NCBI GenBank assembly: GCA_044352465.1
Contig: JBILDU010000004.1
Span: 427 to 64,426, forward strand
Source of the DNA: Bdellovibrionota bacterium
GTDB taxonomy: Bacteria; Bdellovibrionota_C; UBA2361
Direction of reading: 5' to 3'
Length of the DNA: 64,000 bases
Shown piece after piece: positions 27,507 through 35,187 of the stretch. The stretch's first letter is position 1. Every line of letters starts with the position of its first letter. Below the pieces are notes generated by a model, which was not told the DNA's origin, made no database searches, and saw nothing but the letters and a program-made list of their open reading frames with translations. Position numbers and translations under genes: made by a program.

Positions 27507-28259
27507 GTGACAGTCCTTGAATCGTTCCATCATCTCGTCGCGCTTTTGTGGCCCCAGCGGTGTCTCGTGTGCGAGCGGGCGCTCGCTCGACAAGAGGTTT
27601 GCTCCGGCTGCCTACCACCGGTTCCGAATTTTCTGGGTGGACCGCGGTGCCACACCTGTTGGAGTTCGCTCCCTGAGCCAAACGATCGGTGTGGGGCGTG
27701 CAAGCTTTTCCCCCCACTTTTTAGGTACGAGCGGTACTTGTGGCGCTATAGCGGCGCCATCGCGTCGATCATTCGTATTATAAAATATCGGCCCAGTAAG
27801 CGACTCACGGTCGCGCTCGCTGAGCACGTTGCCCCCCGTATCGCTACTCTTTTCCCCCGCAACGATTGGGATCTCATCATCCCGACGCCCGCAACGTTAC
27901 CGAGTCTCCGCTCGCGAGGATTTAATCAGTGCGCGGTGCTGGCGCGGTATGTGGGCGCAGAGCTACGCATCCCGATCGCACTGACAGCGCTTGTCCATCA
28001 CGGCTCGCGGATCCCCCAAGCTTCACTTTCTCTCGAAAAGCGGGCGCGCAACGTGCGGCACGCTTTTAGCGCGAGCTCTCACCGGATCGTGGGTAAGCGC
28101 TGCCTCCTTATCGATGATGTAGCCACAACGGGCGCAACAAGCACCGCCGCGACGCAGGCGCTGCTCCGCGGCGGTGCTGCAACGGTGGACCTTTTCACCC
28201 TTGCCCGCAGCGATGCCTGGGGAGAATACCGGTATGAGATTCATCGAAGCTTTGCCTGA
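27507..28259 (+). CDS. comF: ComF-family phosphoribosyltransferase-domain protein
   Basis: N-terminal Cys-rich segment (CLVCE...CSGC...CHTC...CGAC) and PRTase motif CLLIDDVATTGAT. GTG start. Confidence 0.75.
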   Translation: MTVLESFHHLVALLWPQRCLVCERALARQEVCSGCLPPVPNFLGGPRCHTCWSSLPEPNDRCGACKLFPPLFRYERYLWRYSGAIASIIRIIKYRPSKRLTVALAEHVAPRIATLFPRNDWDLIIPTPATLPSLRSRGFNQCAVLARYVGAELRIPIALTALVHHGSRIPQASLSLEKRARNVRHAFSASSHRIVGKRCLLIDDVATTGATSTAATQALLRGGAATVDLFTLARSDAWGEYRYEIHRSFA

Positions 28260-28419
28260 AACGCCTAAACGTGGGGTGTTTTCTGAGCACAAAAACCACA
28301 CCGAGAGCCAATTCTAAATCCTGTTCTAAACCAAGCCGGTATACGAAGGTGTTTTTCGTTCAATCCAATTAAACTAACTTCTGAGCTCCCGTCGCGGGCT
28401 AAGCTCCTTTCCCACACCC

Positions 28420-28439
28420 TGTGGATTACCTGTGGATAA
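28420..28439 (-). promoter_or_regulatory. Two adjacent DnaA-box sequences
   Basis: The plus strand reads tgtggatta (28420-28428) and tgtggataa (28431-28439). On the minus strand these are TAATCCACA and the perfect consensus TTATCCACA, in direct orientation and 2 nt apart. Confidence 0.5.
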
Positions 28440-28539
28440 CTCGGGGAGAAAAGGCAACAAACCAACTAGATTTTCGTTTTTCTTGAGAGAAATTGGTTGA
28501 TTTTGAGTGAGCCAAGGAATAATCCAAGGGACGAGAGTA

Positions 28540-30750
28540 AGGAGAACGTGATCGTTCGACGAAGATCCTTACAAATCCCGTCGAAACCGCTGCAATGCGG
28601 AGACAACGGCTGAAGACCGCGGCGTGATCGGAAAGATTGGCGGGGCTTCGGAGAGGGCTCGGTGGTGACATCGAGGTACCCTTTGGTTTTTCAAGATCTT
28701 TGGGTTTGCGGTGAGCCGGTTTGCGGATCGGTACTGCGGACAAGCGATGATGTTTTAGGTAACTAACTCTTCTTCGAGAGGGCCACTCACCGTTTTTTCC
28801 AACGACTTCGGTCGGTGGGTGAGGAGCGGTAGAGTTCGGCGTCGCAAGGGAGGAGCGCTAGAGCGGTCGAGGTGAAAGCTTCGGCGACAGAGCGCTTCAC
28901 CGAGCGTACGTGACGTCCACCGGGAAACCGGTGAGGAAGATCGCTGGGAAGCCAGCGTCAGAGACTCTCGGTGTTGGTAGAGCCGCGGCTCTGATTCGAA
29001 GGATCATCCGCGCGCACCCTGCCCCACCGTGGAGGTAAGACCCCTCGCGAGAGCTTAGATTCGTTTCAGTCCCGACGTGCGGACCCTCACGGGTTTGGCG
29101 GCGGGTGAAACGGCGCGGTCGGTTAAACGACAAGCGTCGGAATTCCTCGCCCACCCTGACGGGACGGCGGGGACGCAACGGAGCAATCTTTTAGAGATCG
29201 ATCCTCCGTTGTCGGCTGAAGCAGATAGGCGTTCGCGAGCGAGCGTTCCCAGGGGTCGGGCTTACGGGCTCGATTCGCATGGGAAACTCGTCGAGCGTCC
29301 CCGAAGAGGATTCCTTTCTCCGAACGGAGCTTTGTATTTCGCCGTGCTGCGAGGACTTTCAGGAGTGTATCGCATGCGATCCGGCTCCCCCTAGGGTGAT
29401 GACCGGGCGGGTCGGATCGAAGGTGGAACGGCTTCGTTCAAAGGTGTGAGTGTGACGACATCCCCGCTGCGGGGAGGCTTCCATCGGGGTTCCCTCGGTG
29501 GGAAGCGTTCCCGCGGTAGCTCCGGTACATCACGGAGGCTCAAGGATGACGTTACGCCGGCTCCAACGTCGAGCGGCCGGGTGCATTGAAATCTCTTCTT
29601 CGGAAGGATGGTAGATCCCGGTTTTTCGATGCGGTTCGGAGTCGGTTATGCATCGACGGTGGGCAGCTCGAGCCGACTTCGGTCGAGCGTTTCGAGGCGC
29701 TGAGGTGAAATCCCTCAGCGGTGGAATCGAAGCTGCACAAAATCCAACGTCGGTGTGGGAAGATCGAGAGGATCGAGCGATCGGTTCTCCCCTTCCCCGG
29801 TCGGCTGTGTCGAGCCGGCCGTCCCCGCCGGGAGGAATCGGTAACGGTTCTGGGGCGGCGGGGATAGAGCGTTAAGCGCAAGCGCCGTGTTCGTGTGCAC
29901 CACGAACTACGCCGGAGCGGGTCGCTCCCGGGTGACACCGGGTGAGGATGCTTCGGAGGAGGGAAACACGCAGGAACGTTCGGCAGGGTCACCGCGTGAG
30001 CGGTGGCTGGAGGCGCGGGTCGCCCTGGACGGGGTCGGTCGGTGTAAAAGCTGGTCGAGCCTATGGGGGCGGCGCTGAAAAGGTACGGAGACACGCAACC
30101 GTTTGTTGACCCAAACAGGTGGCGGAGGTCGTATCGAGCTTGGGGGGTAAAACTTTCGAGCCAGGTGCTTTGGTGGTGTGGCCGCAAGGTGGCATCGTTG
30201 GAAGCAGCGCGTCGGGGGTCGAATCGCAGCGTTGTCTAAAGCCGGCCGTTCTGGAAACGGACGGCTGGATGAGGATGGTGCTCAATCGACCCTTCTAGCG
30301 TGGGGACGCATCCCGGTAAAACGGGGCGACGAGGGGGAAACCCTTCGGGGGGCTTAAAGGCCCCGCGGGTGAGTAGCCCGGCTGAGCGAAGAACTCCCCT
30401 CACGTTAGACCGTGTGCACTTTTGTGGGTGCGTGTTGCTGCGGGTTTGGCCCGACGCAAAGCCACCCCGGACGGTTCGCTCACACCGCTGTAAGGCGGAG
30501 GAAAGAGCGGGTCGTTTTCGGACAAACCGTGACTTCGTTAGAAGCTTGGCGGCTGAAAGGCAGCGAGCTTGAAGCGCGGAGCCGACCAACTCTTTGGAGG
30601 AAACTTCAAAGATGGCACCGAAATTCAGCTTGGTTCGAGGGTAAAAGCTCAGCTCAAGTTGAGACAAGGGCGGTCGGAGGGTGCCCTCCTCGCAAGTGGA
30701 GGGGCTCGCTAGGGGTCCGCTATTGAGCAAAACTTTCGTGATCGTTTATC
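28540..30750 (+). ncRNA. Candidate very large structured non-coding RNA (unclassified)
   Basis: The interval is ORF-free and G>C on the plus strand. It holds many perfect short hairpins with UUCG/GNRA-type loops (for example 28803-28814, 28918-28933, 29595-29606, 29698-29720, 29990-30005). CTTCGG occurs 7 times on plus versus 1 time for its complement. A plus-strand terminator lies at 30900-30934. The boundaries are approximate. Confidence 0.55.
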
Positions 30751-30899
30751 AGGCGCGTCACGGGTCTTGTTCGGTTGAGCGCTCATTAAAAAGTGCTCAA
30801 GTGAAGCGGTAAAGTCGGGATGAAAATCGAGCCCCAACGTCCGAAAGGTGTCGCATCAACGTCGATGTGAATCGACAAGAGTTACACTTTTCACCATGG

Positions 30900-30934
30900 A
30901 CGCGACGAAGCCAAAAGCTCGTCGCGTTTTTTTT
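30900..30934 (+). terminator. Canonical rho-independent terminator
   Basis: acgcgacga - agccaaaagc - tcgtcgcgt followed by a T8 run. It is located after the structured region and before the GNAT start. Confidence 0.75.
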
Positions 30935-31033
30935 GCTGCTGCCACTATGCGGGGAGAGGGAACAGCGTGGCAATACCCTTTTTGTGTGAGGACCATACCC
31001 ATTTCAAGATTGAAGACGAGGCAAAACAACACC

Positions 31034-31480
31034 ATGAACACTGTCACTATTGCAGCGGAACCGTTTGAGGGGGAACTTCCTTCGACCGAGCAAGCGATCG
31101 TCAACGCGGGTTTCGCCCGGCACACAACCGGGGAGGGGGCTCCCCCCTTCGAGCGAAAGAGGCTCGTCTGGCGAGCTCACGGCGAGGATGGGTCCCTCGT
31201 GGGTGTCGCCACTGCAGATCTTCTCTGGGATTGGATCTACCTCGACGAATTGTGGGTCGATGAGAGTTGCCGGGGCACCGGACTCGGCAAAGAGCTCCTT
31301 GAGCGGGTCGAACGATACGCGGAGAGACAAAAACTCTCCGGCGTCTGGCTCTGGACCCAATCGTGGCAAGCTGAGGCTTTTTATCAGCGCTGTGGCTATG
31401 CTGAGTTTACCCGCTTTGAGGACTTCCCGAAGGGGCATGCCCGTATCGGATTTCGCAAGGACCTGCGGAGCTCACTCTGA
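31034..31480 (+). CDS. GNAT-family N-acetyltransferase
   Basis: Acetyl-CoA binding motif CRGTGLGKELLERVERYA. I chose the start at ATG 31034 because the longer ORF from 30848 would contain the terminator. Confidence 0.75.
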   Translation: MNTVTIAAEPFEGELPSTEQAIVNAGFARHTTGEGAPPFERKRLVWRAHGEDGSLVGVATADLLWDWIYLDELWVDESCRGTGLGKELLERVERYAERQKLSGVWLWTQSWQAEAFYQRCGYAEFTRFEDFPKGHARIGFRKDLRSSL

Positions 31481-31569
31481 TTCATCGCGTCAACCCGCCT
31501 TTGAGGGATGCCCCTTGACTCCCCCACCCCGATCGCCTACCCACAAGGGACGTTTTTAAGGGATCTGCT

Positions 31570-32364
31570 ATGGCCAAGACCGGAGAAGTGTTCGAGAAAC
31601 TCACCGCGGTTATCGCGAGGCTCCGCGATCCACATGGGGGGTGCCCGTGGGACTTGGAGCAGACCCACGCGACGTTAAAGCCGTACCTCATCGAAGAGGC
31701 GTACGAAACGATCGAGGCGATCGACCGACACCCTGAGAAACTCCCCGAGGAGTTAGGCGATGTGCTCCTTCAGGTGGTACTTCATGCACAGGTCGGAAAA
31801 GACGGGGGCACGTTCTCGATCGACACGGTTGTGGAGGGGCTCACCCAAAAGCTTATCTCACGCCATCCACACGTCTTCGGCGAAACGGTAGCCAAGGACT
31901 CGCGGCAGGTACTTGAGAACTGGGAGGCGCTAAAGAAAAAGGAGCGCACCGCGGATGAGAGTATCCTCTCCGGAGTTCCAGGGTCTTTACCGGGGCTTCT
32001 TAAAGCGCAACGTATCGGGGAGAAAGTTGCGCGGGTGGGATTCGACTGGGCGGACGCCGCCGGGGTCGCGGATAAAGTCAGCGAGGAGCTCGCTGAGTTT
32101 TTAGAGGCACGGAAAGAGGCGACCAAGGAGGACCGTGCCCACCTTGAGGAGGAGCTCGGAGACCTTTTATTTTCGCTCGTTCAATTCGCCCGCAAGCTGG
32201 GCGTCGACGCTGAAGATTGTCTCCAACGGGGGAATCAAAAATTCATCGAGCGCTTCCAAAAGCTCGAAAAGCTCGCGGGGCCGGAGATGAAATCGCTCGG
32301 CCTTCCAAGGCTCACTGAATTGTGGAATCAGGTAAAGAGCTCCGAGCCGGGTCGTTCAGCGTAG
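31570..32364 (+). CDS. mazG: Nucleoside triphosphate pyrophosphohydrolase MazG
   Basis: RLRDPHGGCPWDLEQTHATLKPYLIEEAYE and a duplicated EExxE/D MazG domain. Confidence 0.9.
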   Translation: MAKTGEVFEKLTAVIARLRDPHGGCPWDLEQTHATLKPYLIEEAYETIEAIDRHPEKLPEELGDVLLQVVLHAQVGKDGGTFSIDTVVEGLTQKLISRHPHVFGETVAKDSRQVLENWEALKKKERTADESILSGVPGSLPGLLKAQRIGEKVARVGFDWADAAGVADKVSEELAEFLEARKEATKEDRAHLEEELGDLLFSLVQFARKLGVDAEDCLQRGNQKFIERFQKLEKLAGPEMKSLGLPRLTELWNQVKSSEPGRSA

Positions 32365-32818
32365 GCTCTTTGCCGGGCCAACATAACTTCTTGTCGGAGA
32401 GCGGGAACGTGAAACAGAGTTGTTCACCGTCCACCGTTACGATCCCGTCCGGCTTAAAATCGGGGAAAGCCCCCCGTAAAATTCTCTCGAGACCGACGCA
32501 GTTGAATTTCCAACTCCTGCCCGGCTCTATTTCGCGTACCTCACAATAAGGTATCGCCCACTCAAGAAAGCCACGGCGAATAAATTCGATCGTTATGCCC
32601 CCATTTTCAGATCTAATCCGTACTTTGAGACAGAAAAGTCCACCCTCATCTTTATATTCACTGCCGACGCAAAGGTCGAAGCTAATTCGATCTCTCTGAA
32701 CCTCATCCCATCGCATCGGAGAAACACAGTACAGGCGACCGTCGAAAACGAACTCGATCATGTCTCGTGGGTAGCCCTCCCCGATAGTCTGGATAAACGG
32801 AATAGCCAGAGCATTCAA
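32312..32818 (-). CDS. Hypothetical protein in a low-GC patch
   Basis: 168-aa ORF with clearly lower GC than its surroundings (about 38% in the 60-nt line at 32581 by my count). Its 3' end overlaps the mazG 3' end by 53 nt. Confidence 0.4.
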   Translation of the reverse strand: MNALAIPFIQTIGEGYPRDMIEFVFDGRLYCVSPMRWDEVQRDRISFDLCVGSEYKDEGGLFCLKVRIRSENGGITIEFIRRGFLEWAIPYCEVREIEPGRSWKFNCVGLERILRGAFPDFKPDGIVTVDGEQLCFTFPLSDKKLCWPGKEPTLNDPARSSLPDSTIQ

Positions 32819-32847
32819 CGACCCTTAAACGGGTTTGATTCCCCCCG

Positions 32848-33855
32848 CTATCGCTCGGGTCGATCTCTCATAACGGTCAGCGCCGCCCGGAGCGGTTGCG
32901 CCCCCACTCCATCCCATGGAAGCGCCTCAATCGAGTGCACCTGTGCGCCTTTGGTGAGTAGATGATCGAAGGAAAAGAGGCGTGTAAGCGGCCAGGTGTC
33001 GCCGGGGAGGCTTCCACCGAGGCCCCATGCCGCATCCTCTAGACCGCTTCCATGAATCAAGATTGAATAGAGATATCCCCCGAGCCTCCCCGCGAGCCCT
33101 CCCATAATCAGGACTCCGTCGGTTGCGTGGCGGGCCTCCGTTGCTACGCGGCGTAACGCGCGACGATTTCCGATCATGGTCGCTGAATCGCGCAGCACCG
33201 GGAGATCGAAAACGCCGATGAGTACCGTGTGGTCCCCCGGGAGCGCCACGGTTGCGGCAAGACCGGGCGAGGCATCCTCACCGAGACCGGGACGACCGCT
33301 CTCAACCAGGGGATGACGAGAGAGAAGCGCCACCCGCTCCTCGATCAGAACGCCACGAAAATCCGGTGCAGCCCCCGCCAGCTTTCGCGCAACCGCCCCA
33401 GCACCCGGCCCCCACAAACCTACGATATCCGGGCGCCCTCTCAGCAGCGTTTCGATCGCCGCGAAGCGGCCCTCACCCTGAACCGGAACGGCAAGGATAT
33501 TGAGCGAAATTTGGCTATCGTGGAGCGGATCTTTCCGCGACCGTTTTTCAATGAAAAAGGGGGCGTTGAGCGCTGCACATGTGTAAAAGAGAAACAGCGC
33601 GGCGACAAAAAGTATCCGCCGCCAAAGAGCGGAAAAAGCTCGCGGCACGAAACCGACGGAGAGGAGGACAACACCGAGCGCTACTCCGTAGTTCGGAGTC
33701 TGCAGCCGATTCCACTCCAGGAGAAAATGCCACGGCGGGAGAAAGGTGAGCGCTGCCCCGATGACACTGAGCCACACGAAAGCCCGGTAGGTCAGAATCA
33801 AAGCCACCACGAACAAACTCCGGGACACCTGGACGGAGCCGTTATCGAACGGCAA
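32848..33855 (-). CDS. Membrane-anchored endonuclease/exonuclease/phosphatase (EEP)-family protein
   Basis: N-terminal TM segments are followed by an EEP-like domain ending in ...FSFDHLL (the catalytic D-H pair typical of EEP C-termini). Confidence 0.6.
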   Translation of the reverse strand: MPFDNGSVQVSRSLFVVALILTYRAFVWLSVIGAALTFLPPWHFLLEWNRLQTPNYGVALGVVLLSVGFVPRAFSALWRRILFVAALFLFYTCAALNAPFFIEKRSRKDPLHDSQISLNILAVPVQGEGRFAAIETLLRGRPDIVGLWGPGAGAVARKLAGAAPDFRGVLIEERVALLSRHPLVESGRPGLGEDASPGLAATVALPGDHTVLIGVFDLPVLRDSATMIGNRRALRRVATEARHATDGVLIMGGLAGRLGGYLYSILIHGSGLEDAAWGLGGSLPGDTWPLTRLFSFDHLLTKGAQVHSIEALPWDGVGAQPLRAALTVMRDRPER

Positions 33856-33909
33856 AGAACTTCATTGCCCTGCGGCGACCGTATCCGCCCCTGTTCGCGG
33901 GACCAGGAG

Positions 33910-34281
33910 TTAGTCGTTCCAATCGAGCACGCCCTTCTTCCACACGTATACCAATCCAACGACGAGGACGAGCATAAAGGAGAGCATCGAGAAAAACGCC
34001 ATCCACCCAAGCTCCGTGAGAACCATCGCCCACGGGTACATGAAGATAACCTCGATATCGAAGAGGATGAACAACATGGCGACGAGGTAGAACCTGACGT
34101 TGAAGCGGCTCTCTTGCACCGAGCCAACGGAGACCGAACCGCACTCGAACGGCAACTGCTTTGTCACCGTCTTATTCTTCGGGCCGAGCACCGAAGCCAA
34201 GGTCAGCATGGTGATAAGAAAACCGGCGATCACCACCCCAAGAACGATAAGCCCAACGTACGGATCCATGCCTACACTCAT
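33910..34281 (-). CDS. nuoA: NADH-quinone oxidoreductase subunit A
   Basis: PFECG ... RFNVRFYLVAMLFILFDIEVIFMYPWA, the typical NuoA/ND3 signature. Three TM segments. Confidence 0.85.
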   Translation of the reverse strand: MSVGMDPYVGLIVLGVVIAGFLITMLTLASVLGPKNKTVTKQLPFECGSVSVGSVQESRFNVRFYLVAMLFILFDIEVIFMYPWAMVLTELGWMAFFSMLSFMLVLVVGLVYVWKKGVLDWND

Positions 34282-34351
34282 TTACTTAATCGACACGCCT
34301 CTGCGACGCCCCCGCTATCATGGCAAAGAGCTGCCCGGGAGGCGAGAGGAA

Positions 34352-34425
<74 letters not shown>

Positions 34426-34755
34426 TTAGAACTAAAATATCGGCCGTCCCCGAGTTTTACTTACATCGCCTCAACCGTAAAGGATAGGCACCCCTGAAGT
34501 TTCAGCCCCAACCAAATCATAAAATGCAGCACAATCAACCACTTACGCGCCGCCCCCGCGAATGGCGCGGGAATGGATTTATCGGACGGATTTCAATATC
34601 TTAGCGGGCCCCGCTCGCGCTGAAAAATGCCACATCCCGTTCCGGGGTGGCCATAACAACGGGTGGGATATGAGGCGAAAGACCCCCCGCGTGAAATCGC
34701 TCGTTCGAGCGAATCAATGGGCGAGCTTTCCCGAAGCTCTCACGGAGTTGCTAGT

Positions 34756-35187
34756 ATGAGCGCAAATTCTAAGGTCATCCCGGTCCCGCGCGAGACCGAA
34801 TCGAGTCGCCGGAGCAATCGCCTGCTCGGCTGGCTCGTGTCTTTTGGCATCGACCAACGGGGGGCTGCATTTGAAATTCGTGCTGGGCGCACCATTCTCA
34901 CCGCCGGCACCGCCACCGCAATCTCTGCGGGGACAGGGAGCGAAGGGCACACGATTACGGTGCGCGATGAAACTGTCTCGACACCCCACGCAGCGATTAA
35001 TGCGGTAGCGCGGGACCAGGTGGTGCTTATTCAGGATATTTTCTCGGACTACGGAACGTTTATCACCCGCGCCGGCGAGCGCGATGAAAGCCCGGTTGAG
35101 GGGCCGGTTGTCCTAAGACACGGGGACTGGATTCATATCGGCGAAACGGTTCGATTTCAGGTTTGTTTAATCGATGGCGGACAGTAA
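34756..35187 (+). CDS. FHA-domain protein
   Basis: FEIRAGRTILTAG...VSTPHAAI...LIQDIFSDYGTFI...GDWIHIGETVRF matches the FHA pattern. ATG 34756 is preceded by GGAG. Confidence 0.75.
   Translation: MSANSKVIPVPRETESSRRSNRLLGWLVSFGIDQRGAAFEIRAGRTILTAGTATAISAGTGSEGHTITVRDETVSTPHAAINAVARDQVVLIQDIFSDYGTFITRAGERDESPVEGPVVLRHGDWIHIGETVRFQVCLIDGGQ

Noticed and set aside
28260-28540. The DnaA-box pair as the chromosomal origin (oriC).
   Set aside because: Only two boxes are visible, there is no obvious cluster of additional boxes or 13-mer-like AT-rich repeats, and there is no dnaA, dnaN or gidA context. It is kept only as a possible regulatory or titration site.
30497-30511. GGAGGAAAGAGCGGG resembles the RNase P RNA P4 5' strand (GAGGAAAGUCCGGGC), which raises the idea that rnpB is embedded in the 3' part of the region.
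   Set aside because: The match breaks exactly in the invariant GUCC. The obligatory 3' P4 partner (ACAGAAnCCGGCUUA-like) is absent downstream. Other conserved RNase P elements are not recognisable. cmscan would settle this.
29552-30730. Long minus-strand ORFs 29552-30187 (211 aa) and 30236-30730 (164 aa) as protein-coding genes.
   Set aside because: The translations are Arg/Pro/Ser-rich low-complexity strings without motifs, which is typical of the antisense frame of G-rich sequence. No RBS or start context stands out, and they lie antisense to the tetraloop-bearing strand.
28540-30750. Possibility that the ORF-free structured region is a divergent 23S or 16S rRNA gene. Its length of about 2.2-2.7 kb and its G-rich strand are rRNA-like.
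   Set aside because: I could find none of the universal rRNA strings: GTGCCAGCAGCCGCGGTAA (16S 530 loop), AGTACGAGAGGACC (sarcin-ricin loop) or GGATAACAGGCTGAT (peptidyl-transferase region). There is no adjacent 5S, 16S or spacer tRNA context.
28540-30750. Group II intron or other retroelement.
   Set aside because: There is no GUGYG 5' end and no reverse-transcriptase or maturase ORF. There is no domain V-like 34-nt hairpin with the AGC triad near the 3' end. The GCAA-capped hairpin at about 30685-30705 lacks those features.
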